The notes: generated from the sequence alone by a model not told the origin. DNA of 64,000 nucleotides from Methanolinea sp. UBA277 (GCA_002499905.1 DANP01000020.1:186054-250053), one strand, 5' to 3'; shown: positions 21,014-29,408, counted from the stretch's first letter. Numbers and translations are program-made.

Positions 21014-21490
21014 TCAGAGGTTTTTCAGGGCCACCAGGTCTTTGACCCCGGTCAGCTTCCAGACCAGGGACCGCTCCTCGAGGGCGATGGCCTCGGGGGG
21101 GTCCTGGGGTGAATGCCCGAGCGCGGCAAGGATGTTGGTCGAGAGCCGGCGTTCCTTGATCAGGTTCACAAACTCCTCGCGTACGATCTTCTTCTCGATC
21201 GAGTCGGTCACTTCCTCGAGGTACCCCTGGAGGCTGACAAAGGTAAAGGACGAGAGGTCACGGGAATACTTCTCTATCTCCACGGCAACGTACGGGCTCT
21301 TCCTGAAATACTCCAGCTTCTTGCCGTATTTGGTTGAGAGGAAATAGAGGAATTTTCCATCAAAAACGTAGAGAAATGGTGCAATGTAGGGGTATTTCTC
21401 GCCCTGGAAGGCGATGCGGCAGACGTAGCCTTCCTCAATGAGCCGATCATAATCCCTCTTCTCCATCCGGGGGATTTTCACGATTTCCAT
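21014..21490 (-). CDS. pyridoxamine 5'-phosphate oxidase-like (FMN-binding split barrel) family protein
   Basis: 158 aa. The pattern 'GYVCRIAFQGEKYPYIAPFLYVFDGKFLYFLSTKYGKK' is typical of PNPOx-like proteins. Confidence 0.7.
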   Translation of the reverse strand: MEIVKIPRMEKRDYDRLIEEGYVCRIAFQGEKYPYIAPFLYVFDGKFLYFLSTKYGKKLEYFRKSPYVAVEIEKYSRDLSSFTFVSLQGYLEEVTDSIEKKIVREEFVNLIKERRLSTNILAALGHSPQDPPEAIALEERSLVWKLTGVKDLVALKNL

Positions 21491-21568
21491 GGCGGTATCA
21501 TTGTGTCCATAGCTACCAATGAAACTTAAATTTTTGGAAACGCCTGTCAGGAAAAAGAGGGATCAGAA

Positions 21569-22933
21569 TTATTTCACTACCGGAAAGCCGGCCTTCAGCC
21601 AAGCTGCCATGCCACCGAGGATATTGGCAATATCGGGATATCCGTTCCGGGCAAGGATGCTTGCCCCGAGGGATCCCTTGTACCCGGCATCGCAGTACAC
21701 GGCAATCGTCCGGTCCTTCGGTATCTCGGAGAGCCTGCCGGGGAGTTCTCCGATATAGATGTGGTGCGCTCCCGGTATCTTTCCGGCGCGGATAACGTTG
21801 CTGATGTCCCGGACATCGAGGAGGAAGAGATCCTTCTCCGTTCTTCGCCGTTCCAGCTCCTGGACGCTCCACGCACCGAATGTTCCGACAGGTCCAGCCG
21901 ATTTGAACCAGGCAGGGAACCCCCCGGCAAGGTAGCCTGCCAGGTTGTCGTACCCGAGCCGCACGAAGTGCCAGCTCACCTCCCGGAGGTTGCAGTTGAA
22001 ATCATCGATCAGGATGATGGGATTCTCAAAGGTCAGGAACCAGCCCATGAACGCCGGGAGACCCTCTTTCCAGATCGAGAGACTCCCGGGGATATGCCCG
22101 GCCGCAAACGAGGTCGGGGACCGGATGTCGAGGAGCTGGGCCCTGCCCTGGAGGTCCCTGACCTCTTTCACCCCGAATGCCTTCAGGTCAGGAAGGTGGT
22201 TGATGAGCGGCGCTCCCTCTTTGTTGTGCTTCTCCATCATTCTGAAATAGGGCGGCAGGTAGTGGTGCTCGATCACCTTCTTCCGGATGAATTCCTCTTT
22301 TGAGAGCTGCAGGAGCGGGTTTGAGCGCCTCTCGTAGCCGATGGTGGAGAACTCGTGGTCGCTGATCTCGGATCCGCAGACCGATCCGGCCCCGTGGGCA
22401 GGAAAGATGATGGTCTGATCACCGAGGGGGAGGAGTTTTCCGGCGATGCTCTCGTAGAGCATCTCCGAGACCAGGGGCCGCTTCTCTTCCCCGAAGAAGT
22501 CGGTCCTGCCCACCTCCCCGGCAAAGAGCGCATCACCGGTGAACACGGCATACGGAGCATCAGAGACTTCCCGGTCGGTCACCACGATCGAGATGCTCTC
22601 CAGAGTGTGACCAGGAGTCTCGAGCACCTTCAGTTCGACCGTGCCAAGCCGGACGACATACCCGTCTTTCACCGGTGTTCCATAGGCAAAGTCCATCTGG
22701 TGCCCGTGCAGGATCGCAGCACCGGTCCGTGCGGCAAGCTCGCTTGAGCCGATGACATAGTCCTCGTTCCGGTGCGTCTCGAAGATGTGGGTGATCTGCA
22801 CACCTGCATCCTGTGCGAGATCCAGGTACTCCTCAACGTCCCGCCTCGGATCGATGACTGCAGCCTGGCCGCCGGCGCTGATGAAGTAGGAGTTATGCGA
22901 TATCCCTTCGGATGAAATCTTTCGGAGAATCAT
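21569..22933 (-). CDS. MBL-fold hydrolase fused to two rhodanese domains
   Basis: 454 aa. N-terminal MBL fold ('ETHRNEDY', 'TPGHT', 'FTGDALF', 'PAHG'). The C-terminal rhodanese has active-site loop 'CDAGYKGS'. The first rhodanese lacks the Cys loop. Confidence 0.85.
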   Translation of the reverse strand: MILRKISSEGISHNSYFISAGGQAAVIDPRRDVEEYLDLAQDAGVQITHIFETHRNEDYVIGSSELAARTGAAILHGHQMDFAYGTPVKDGYVVRLGTVELKVLETPGHTLESISIVVTDREVSDAPYAVFTGDALFAGEVGRTDFFGEEKRPLVSEMLYESIAGKLLPLGDQTIIFPAHGAGSVCGSEISDHEFSTIGYERRSNPLLQLSKEEFIRKKVIEHHYLPPYFRMMEKHNKEGAPLINHLPDLKAFGVKEVRDLQGRAQLLDIRSPTSFAAGHIPGSLSIWKEGLPAFMGWFLTFENPIILIDDFNCNLREVSWHFVRLGYDNLAGYLAGGFPAWFKSAGPVGTFGAWSVQELERRRTEKDLFLLDVRDISNVIRAGKIPGAHHIYIGELPGRLSEIPKDRTIAVYCDAGYKGSLGASILARNGYPDIANILGGMAAWLKAGFPVVK

Positions 22934-23113
22934 ACGTTCAGCCCCTACCGGGAATGGCGTTTCTGGATCGATATACCTTTTTCCCGGGTTGCCGGGGCAA
23001 TAGAACTATGATGTTGTCAACGAGAGATTCTCCCGGATATGCCGGAAAACGGAATCTCCACCCGACTAATGAATGGTGGATTTCAAACAGCAGTATGAGG
23101 TGGTTGGCGAGGT

Positions 23114-23635
23114 ATGTCCCCCAATCGTGATAGAAAGCAGGAGTTCGTAAATGTCTCCAGTGACAGGACACGCGAGGAGATTATTTTCGCCGTTCTTTCG
23201 CTTCGGATGGCAATAGACAAACGAATTAAAAAGCTGGTCGATGCAGTAAATGATCTCCCTGATGTCTATACGTGCGGTTCATGTGGTGGGCATAAAGATC
23301 TGGAAAACAGGGAGAATCCTGTACCGGAAGGTTATTTTTATATTCAGTTTATCGTAGAACCAACAGAAAACGGGTTCTTATCGCTGGGTATAATCGACCT
23401 TGCGGCACGAAATATTGATAACGATGATTTAACCGTGAAAGTTTTGAACTGTACAGACAATCCAAAATTAGTCATGTTCAATATTTTAGGAAAAAATTGG
23501 GCAGACCCGGATGAAGTTGCGAAGGAAATAAAAGCTCTCTGCACAACGTGGGGGCTCTCTCTTCATGGAGTTCGTGCATATAAGAAAAATGTGAGGAGAA
23601 TGATTGCGTATAACAGGATTCAGCAGGATGCATAA
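23114..23635 (+). CDS. hypothetical protein in AT-rich island
   Basis: 173-aa ORF whose composition is visibly AT-rich compared with its neighbours. It contains 'VYTCGSCGGHKD'. I recognise no family. The start could instead be the ATG at 23207 ('MAIDKRIKK'). Confidence 0.55.
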   Translation: MSPNRDRKQEFVNVSSDRTREEIIFAVLSLRMAIDKRIKKLVDAVNDLPDVYTCGSCGGHKDLENRENPVPEGYFYIQFIVEPTENGFLSLGIIDLAARNIDNDDLTVKVLNCTDNPKLVMFNILGKNWADPDEVAKEIKALCTTWGLSLHGVRAYKKNVRRMIAYNRIQQDA

Positions 23636-23642
23636 CAGGGGT

Positions 23643-23662
23643 GTGGACACTACGAAATTTCA
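23643..23662. repeat. 20-nt direct repeat, copy 1 (GTGGACACTACGAAATTTCA)
   Basis: Identical at 19 of 20 positions to 24717-24736. It lies 8 nt after the stop of the 23114-23635 ORF. Confidence 0.9.
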
Positions 23663-23811
23663 ATTAGAAACACCACAATTTCAAAAACATTACAATTCAC
23701 TAATATTTTATATGGATTATACAAGCCTCCGGAAATATAACTTATAAAATGAAATTGTGCTTATTTCTTCTTTCAGGTTCAATTATTTTAAAAAAGGAAA
23801 TTTTTCAGGAG

Positions 23812-24624
23812 TTACCTGACCATGCCGGACTCGTAGTGCATGAGCTTGTCAAAGAGGGTGATCGCTCCGTCAACAGAGGTCTCCTCGGTGAACTCGATGC
23901 GCTCCATGAGAGTGGCCGGGTCGAACAGATCGCCGCGCCCCTCCTGGATCAGGACATCCATGTAGGCAGATGCGAATCCGACAGAGGGCACGTCACTGAC
24001 GAGCTCGGTGACCCGGAGGTCGTGGTTCAGCTCGACCGGGTGGTCGGCGGACGGCATGACGAACCTGCCGGTAGTGGTGGTCCGGACGTTGGCAACAGTC
24101 ATGTCGATGGTGCTGCCTGCCTGGGCCCTGTTGCAGTATGCCGGGAAGCTCTGGGCGTTAGCAGATGCGAACGGACAGATGACCTCCTCGACGGTGACTG
24201 ACTCATTGCCGGCTCCGTCTACCATGATGTTGTCGCTGGACACGACGGAGGCGCTGTCAATGCCGATAAAGGCGATCTGCTTGGTAGCCTCGACGTTCCA
24301 CTGGCCGCTGATCTGGCCGGAGGTCTCGATGTCGAGCTCCTTGTCGTAGAGCATCAGGCCCACGCCATGGGTCTGGGTGTCCTCGGTGTAGGTCGATTCG
24401 TAGATTGCACCGGGTGCATTAAGAACGGGCACTCCGGGCAGACCGTCAACATCATCAGTGATCCTCCACTGCATTTCAGTGGCTGATGCGAAGTTACCGA
24501 TCACGTTCACAGACGTGGAGGTAACGATGCCTTGGGTCTCGGGGACCGGGTCGATTCCACGGTCGGCCATGGCAAACCCGGTAATAAGAGCTAATGCGAT
24601 GATTAAAATTGCGAGTTTCTTCAT
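23812..24624 (-). CDS. secreted protein, unknown function (270 aa)
   Basis: Signal peptide 'MKKLAILIIALALITGFAMA'. The mature part is acidic and Thr/Ser/Val-rich. Codons are strongly NNC/NNG-biased despite AT-rich flanks. Oligo-T tracts follow the stop on the minus strand. Confidence 0.8.
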   Translation of the reverse strand: MKKLAILIIALALITGFAMADRGIDPVPETQGIVTSTSVNVIGNFASATEMQWRITDDVDGLPGVPVLNAPGAIYESTYTEDTQTHGVGLMLYDKELDIETSGQISGQWNVEATKQIAFIGIDSASVVSSDNIMVDGAGNESVTVEEVICPFASANAQSFPAYCNRAQAGSTIDMTVANVRTTTTGRFVMPSADHPVELNHDLRVTELVSDVPSVGFASAYMDVLIQEGRGDLFDPATLMERIEFTEETSVDGAITLFDKLMHYESGMVR

Positions 24625-24687
24625 TACATTCCTCCTGCATTACAATGCCGATACTCTCAGCATCATACTACCATCCCGAACAAGAGC

Positions 24688-24695
24688 TTTATATA
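24688..24695 (+). promoter_or_regulatory. TATA-box-like element TTTATATA
   Basis: Matches the archaeal TTTAWATA consensus. It lies in the divergent region between 24624 (minus-strand gene start) and the HAD gene. Confidence 0.4.
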
Positions 24696-24698
24696 ATT

Positions 24699-25460
24699 AT
24701 GTGTTTTCTTGAAACTGTGGATACTACGAAATTTCATTCACACAAATCAATAACTATTCAAAACCGTTATAAATCACTCATATTTGACATGGACAACACC
24801 CTCTTTGACCTTGTCGGGGCAAAGATGCGGGCCTGCAGACGGGTTGCAGCACACTGCGGGGCAGGCTCTGCAGAGGATCTCTTCTCCTATTTCCTCCGCA
24901 GGCAGGGAGGATTCGAAGACCCGGTGAATATCAGGGATTACCTCGTGCACCATGGCTGCTTCAGCGGGGAGACCTACCGGGAGTGCACGGGTATCTACCG
25001 GGAAGAGAAGCTCAGGGATCTTGCCCCCTATCCGGGAGTCGTTGCCACGCTCCGGCTGCTTGCGGACAGCGGGTTCCGGATGGCGCTGGTGACCGACGCC
25101 CGCCTTCCCGAGACCCGTGCCCGGCTGGAACGGACCGGTCTTTCCGGATTTTTCGATCCTCTCGTAACCTTCGAGGTAACCGGGTCCCATAAGCCAAGCA
25201 CGCTGCCCTTCCTCTCCGCCCTCATTCAGATGGATGCCACGGCACGGGAGACGCTGCTTGTCGGCGACAGCCCGGTGCGGGACATTGCCCCGGGGCTGGT
25301 GCTCGGGATGACCACGGTCTATGCACGGTACGGCGACAGGTTCCCCCGCACCGGATCCGACGGAGGTGCCCACTACGCAATCGATGATTTCCGGGACCTG
25401 GCCGGGATCGCAGGACTTCCCGGTTCCCGCAACACCGGTCTGGACCATTTCATCGGGTGA
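24699..25460 (+). CDS. HAD-superfamily hydrolase (phosphatase-like)
   Basis: Motif I 'LIFDMDNTLFD', 'ALVTDA' and motif IV 'LLVGDSPVRDI'. The start must lie upstream of the first Asp. Candidates are the ATG at 24699 or the GTG at 24717; the track TTG at 24609 is unlikely. Confidence 0.85.
   Translation: MCFLETVDTTKFHSHKSITIQNRYKSLIFDMDNTLFDLVGAKMRACRRVAAHCGAGSAEDLFSYFLRRQGGFEDPVNIRDYLVHHGCFSGETYRECTGIYREEKLRDLAPYPGVVATLRLLADSGFRMALVTDARLPETRARLERTGLSGFFDPLVTFEVTGSHKPSTLPFLSALIQMDATARETLLVGDSPVRDIAPGLVLGMTTVYARYGDRFPRTGSDGGAHYAIDDFRDLAGIAGLPGSRNTGLDHFIG
24717..24736. repeat. 20-nt direct repeat, copy 2 (GTGGATACTACGAAATTTCA)
   Basis: 19/20 identical to 23643-23662 and 1074 bp downstream of copy 1. 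It begins exactly at an in-frame GTG of the HAD ORF. Confidence 0.9.
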
Positions 25461-25465
25461 TACCA

Positions 25466-26152
25466 GTGTGCGGCCGCTTTACCATCACCGTGACCATCGG
25501 GCTCCCGGAGCGGTTCGGGGTGAAGACCAGGGAGGTACAGATCGAACCCCGGTACAATATCGCCCCGTCGCAGCCCGTCCCGGTCATCATCCGGCCGGAG
25601 AGCGGGGAGCGGATCTTCGTGGAGATGGTCTGGGGCCTGGTCCCGCACTGGGCGAAAGACCCTTCCGCAGTCAGGCGTTCCATCAATGCCCGGGCCGAGG
25701 GGCTTGGAGAGCGGCCTTCGTTCCGCGATCCCCTGCAGCGGTCCCGCTGCCTGGTCCCGGCAAACGGATTCTATGAGTGGAAAAAGGCAGGAAAGGTATC
25801 GGAGCCGTACTACATCCACCGGAAGGACGACCGGCTCTGTGCGTTTGCCGGCCTGTATGATACCTGGAAGACTCCGGACGGGAACCGGCTCCGGACCTTT
25901 GTGATCATCACAACGGAGCCGAACAGACTCGTCTCCTGCTACCATGACCGGATGCCGGCAATCCTCCGTGAGGAGGACGAGAAGCTGTGGCTGTCGCCAG
26001 GTCCGCTCCCGGACAGCACCGTGCGGGAGCTGCTCGCACCCTACCCTGCTGAGCTGCTCGAGGCCTACCGGGTCTCCCGGAGGGTCAATGACCCGGCAAG
26101 CGAGGGTGAAGATCTCATCAGACGGGTTCAGGACAGTACCCTCCCGGTCTGA
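25466..26152 (+). CDS. SOS-response-associated peptidase (SRAP / YedK-HMCES family)
   Basis: The GTG at 25466 is followed by TGC, giving the obligatory N-terminal 'M-CGRF'. Also present: 'INARAE', 'NGFYEWKK', 'IITTEPN' and 'YHDRMPAIL'. Confidence 0.9.
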   Translation: MCGRFTITVTIGLPERFGVKTREVQIEPRYNIAPSQPVPVIIRPESGERIFVEMVWGLVPHWAKDPSAVRRSINARAEGLGERPSFRDPLQRSRCLVPANGFYEWKKAGKVSEPYYIHRKDDRLCAFAGLYDTWKTPDGNRLRTFVIITTEPNRLVSCYHDRMPAILREEDEKLWLSPGPLPDSTVRELLAPYPAELLEAYRVSRRVNDPASEGEDLIRRVQDSTLPV

Positions 26153-26154
26153 CA

Positions 26155-26634
26155 TCAGCCGGTGCCGGTACGTTCTTTCAGCTTCTCCCGCACCTCACCC
26201 ACGTGCCGGAAGACGTTCACCCTTCTCCATACGGCGGTGATGGTTCCTTCCGGATTGACGAGAAACGTGCTCCTTTCTATGCCACCCAGGATCTTCCCTT
26301 CCTTCCACACCCCATAGACACACAGCACATCGTGACTCTCATCAGAGAGGATCCTGAACCGGAGGTTCTGCTTCTCGGCAAATTTCTTATGACTTTCGAC
26401 GGTATCAGCGCTCACGCCGATGATTTCTGCCCCCAGCGCTGCAAATTCATCCACCGCATCGGAAAATCCCCTCGCCTCGAGCGTGCAGCCCGGGGTATTG
26501 TCACGGGGGTAGAAGTAGACAACGACCCATTTCCCGGCAAAGTCCTTCAGGCAGACCCTGGTTCCATCAGCATCAGGCAGGCAGAAGGACAGAGCCGGTT
26601 TTCCCAGCAGGGGGTCGTCTGGTTGCTCTGACAT
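26155..26634 (-). CDS. bcp: thiol peroxidase / peroxiredoxin (Bcp/PrxQ type)
   Basis: 159 aa with peroxidatic-Cys context 'VVYFYPRDNTPGCTLEA'. It converges on the SRAP gene with a 2-nt gap. Confidence 0.92.
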   Translation of the reverse strand: MSEQPDDPLLGKPALSFCLPDADGTRVCLKDFAGKWVVVYFYPRDNTPGCTLEARGFSDAVDEFAALGAEIIGVSADTVESHKKFAEKQNLRFRILSDESHDVLCVYGVWKEGKILGGIERSTFLVNPEGTITAVWRRVNVFRHVGEVREKLKERTGTG

Positions 26635-26750
26635 AGTACCTTCGCAAGGTATCTTTCAGGGTGAAGAGAATTAAACAGGTCGCTTTGCACCGTATGCCCG
26701 GCCGGTGGTGACGGATGCCGTTCACCGGCCGGACGAACCCCAGGGTGTCC

Positions 26751-27222
26751 TCATCCTGCTGTGCGGAGGATGGGACAGTTCCGGGTATGCACCCAACCCG
26801 GCAAAAAAGCCCGCTCTGCGGGGCGAAAGTAAACGATGCAGAAAGGGATGACGAGGAATAAGAGGCAGGGCAGGGCCCTGACCACAGATCTCCGGGCAAG
26901 CATAGCTCCCCAGATAGTGTGCTCGTACCGCCGGGCCTTCCCGGCTCTCCTTGTGCAGAAGAATGAATACTTCAGACTGACCTGTTCCGCTCACGGACAG
27001 TCAGGGCAGCTGCACCCTTTCTCCTGGTTGATGCACATGAAACTCTTCCCGGTTGAGCAGAAGAGGAGTTCCTTTGGATTCTTTGCACATGTGGTGCAGG
27101 TCGGGCATATCCCGGGCAGATGCACATCGCCTTCATGCTCTCAACCTTCTTCATCGGCTCTTCCCTGCTCATCTCCGACATGGCTGCAAAGTCTGTTCAA
27201 ATTTGTCCATCACTTTCACCAT
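26751..27222 (-). pseudogene. decayed Cys-rich small-protein gene (DUF2769-like by recollection)
   Basis: Three frames on the minus strand join into one plausible protein: 'MVKVMDKFEQTLQP' / 'MSEMSREEPMKKVESMKAMCICPG' / 'ICPTCTTCAKNPKELLFCSTGKSFMCINQEKGCSCPDCP' - TGA (26993-26991) - 'AEQVSLKYSFFCTRRAGKARRYEHTIWG..'. This needs about two frameshifts and one in-frame stop. Confidence 0.45.
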
Positions 27223-27497
27223 CTGTGAGAACAGGATATCCTGACAAAAAATATATCGTAGGAAGATGATGGTGAAGACCGGAAGGGTGCCGCGCATCCA
27301 TATCGCCTGGAAAAACCGCGGCATTATATCAGGATTTTCACAGGGTGTGTGATCATATTTAAATATTATAATCGCAATTATAAGACCGTTTCATCCAGGC
27401 TTCACTACGGCTCGTCACATGGATAAGGACAGTTTTCACGAGATCCAGACTATGGCCGGACCGGAGCCGGGAGCAGCTTTCACAGGATGTGCCGGCC

Positions 27498-28673
27498 ATG
27501 AAGAATCCACAGTATCTTACCACACTCGACCGGCTCGAAGGGCTCATGCCAGCGGAGCGTGCATGCCTTGAGGAGGTCATCCGGAAGTTTGCCTTCAGGA
27601 CAAACGAGTATTATGCATCGCTCATCGACTGGGACGACCCGGAGGATCCCATCAGGAAGATTGTAATCCCGGACCACCGGGAGCTTGAAGACTGGGGGGC
27701 ACTTGATGCATCTTCCGAGAAGACCTACACCGTTGCCCCGGGTCTGCAGCACAAGTACCCGCAGACCGCCCTCTTCCTCGCGGTCGATGTCTGCGGCTCA
27801 TTCTGCCGGTTCTGCTTCAGGAAACGGCTCTTCATGAACGGAGCCGATGAGGTCGTCCGCGATTATTCCAGGGGTATCGATTACATCAGGAACCATCCCG
27901 AGATCACCGATGTGCTGATCACCGGAGGGGACCCCCTGATCCTGGCGACCACCCGGCTCGAATCCCTCATCAGCGGTCTCCGGTCCATTGACCACGTGGG
28001 GATCATCCGGATCGGGAGCAAGATGGTGGCGTTCAATCCCTACCGGATCATCAATGATCCCTCCCTCCCCGGGATGATCCGGAAGTATAGCACAACGGAG
28101 AAGCGGATCTATATCATGGCCCACTTCAACCACCCGAAGGAGCTGACACCGCAGGCCATCGAAGCGCTCGACCTCCTCCGTGATGCTGGGGCAATCATTG
28201 TGAACCAGACCCCGCTCCTCCGCGGGATCAACAGCGATCCGGGTGTTCTGACCGAACTTTTCCGAAAGCTTTCCTTTATCGGGGTGCCGCCCTACTATGT
28301 CTTCCAGTGCCGCCCGACGCTCGGGAACCGGCTCTTCGAGATGCCTCTGGAGAAGGCCTACGAGGTATTTGAGCGGGCCAAGGCCGGCTGCTCGGGGCTG
28401 GCAAAGCGAGCCCGGTTCGTGATGTCCCATGCCACAGGAAAGATCGAGGTAGTCGGCAGGACAGCGGATGCGGTATACTTCAAGTACCACCAGGCGGCAA
28501 ACCCCTCCGATATGGGACGGTTCATGGCCTTCCGGAGCAACCCCTCAGCCTACTGGTTCGACGATTATGAGGAGCTTATTGACGACTGCCGGATCTCCTG
28601 GGACGAGGATGAGAACCTCCGGACGTTCCCGTTCAGGGGAAGGATCCCCGACGATTCCAGCGTGACAGGCTAG
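27498..28673 (+). CDS. KamA-family radical SAM protein (aminomutase-like)
   Basis: The ATG at 27498 gives 'MKNPQYLTTL'. CxxxCxxC cluster 'CGSFCRFCFRKR', 'ITGGDPL' and 'HFNHPKE', typical of lysine-2,3-aminomutase relatives. An AT-rich promoter-like tract lies at about 27355-27390. Confidence 0.85.
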   Translation: MKNPQYLTTLDRLEGLMPAERACLEEVIRKFAFRTNEYYASLIDWDDPEDPIRKIVIPDHRELEDWGALDASSEKTYTVAPGLQHKYPQTALFLAVDVCGSFCRFCFRKRLFMNGADEVVRDYSRGIDYIRNHPEITDVLITGGDPLILATTRLESLISGLRSIDHVGIIRIGSKMVAFNPYRIINDPSLPGMIRKYSTTEKRIYIMAHFNHPKELTPQAIEALDLLRDAGAIIVNQTPLLRGINSDPGVLTELFRKLSFIGVPPYYVFQCRPTLGNRLFEMPLEKAYEVFERAKAGCSGLAKRARFVMSHATGKIEVVGRTADAVYFKYHQAANPSDMGRFMAFRSNPSAYWFDDYEELIDDCRISWDEDENLRTFPFRGRIPDDSSVTG

Positions 28674-28697
28674 AGGGGAACACGAGCCCCTCGTCTC

Positions 28698-29297
28698 TCA
28701 TTTACCTTTCCGGAAGAACCCGTACGGGTCGCGGTAACCAAAGAGGTGGAGCGACTTCTTCTGCGGAAATACCCCGTCGGCGACCGATTTGATGTCCTCA
28801 ACCGAGTAGAATGCCTTCGGGATGAAATCTTGGATCCCCCTGATCACTTCATCGAGATCCTGCCGTTTGACCACCGAGAGGATGATCTTCACTTTCCCCT
28901 TCGACCCCACCCCGTCTGCAACAGTGACACCGAAGCTCCGCTGCCGCAGGTAGGATATCAGCTGTGTGACATCATCCGGGGAGATCACCCGGACGACCAC
29001 GGTTCCCAGGCGAAGCCGCTCTTCGACCTTCATACCGATGAATGTCCCTGCGGCAAACCCGCCGCCGTATGCGACATAGGAGGCGACATTGCTGATATTG
29101 TTCATCACCTGCCCGATGGCGATGAGCCAGATGATGACCTCAAAGAAACCGATCACCGGGGCGATATACTTCAGCCCCCGGGCAATGAAGATGACCCGCA
29201 TGGTTCCGAGGCTTACATCGCAGATACGGAAAAAGAAGATCATGAGGGGGAGAACCACCCATGCGAAGATCTCTGGTGTGACCACAGGTCCGGTCAT
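28698..29297 (-). CDS. membrane protein with C-terminal DUF2179-like domain (UPF0316-like)
   Basis: The ATG at 29297 gives 'MTGPVVTPEIF'. Three N-terminal TM helices are followed by a soluble domain, 'VVVRVISPDD..FGVTVADGVGSKGKVKIILSVV'. The family name is from memory. Confidence 0.7.
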   Translation of the reverse strand: MTGPVVTPEIFAWVVLPLMIFFFRICDVSLGTMRVIFIARGLKYIAPVIGFFEVIIWLIAIGQVMNNISNVASYVAYGGGFAAGTFIGMKVEERLRLGTVVVRVISPDDVTQLISYLRQRSFGVTVADGVGSKGKVKIILSVVKRQDLDEVIRGIQDFIPKAFYSVEDIKSVADGVFPQKKSLHLFGYRDPYGFFRKGK

Positions 29298-29408
29298 GAC
29301 GGTCTCTCCCCGTTTCCAGTACTTTCTGCTGAAAGATCCCAATAAACCATTGCTTCCTGCCAGAGTGGCCGTGATGAGGACCAGGTCCGCCCGCGGGCAC
29401 GATTCCTG

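Noticed and set aside
23068-23085. 'GGTGGATTTCAAACAG' as a possible third, degenerate copy of the 20-nt island repeat.
   Set aside because: It matches only the two ends of the repeat (GTGGAT...TTCA), with the central 8 nt missing. That is too weak to distinguish from chance.
26991-26993. The in-frame TGA in the Cys-rich pseudogene as a possible selenocysteine codon (context CPDCP-TGA).
   Set aside because: Among methanogens, selenocysteine decoding is established only in Methanococcales and Methanopyrus, not in Methanomicrobiales. The same gene also needs about two frameshifts, so decay is the simpler explanation.
26573-26994. Track ORFs 26573-26899 (-) and 26722-26994 (-) as real genes upstream of bcp.
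   Set aside because: One runs through the bcp start in another frame. Both are out-of-frame readings of the decayed Cys-rich gene region, with Pro/Arg/Ser-rich translations.
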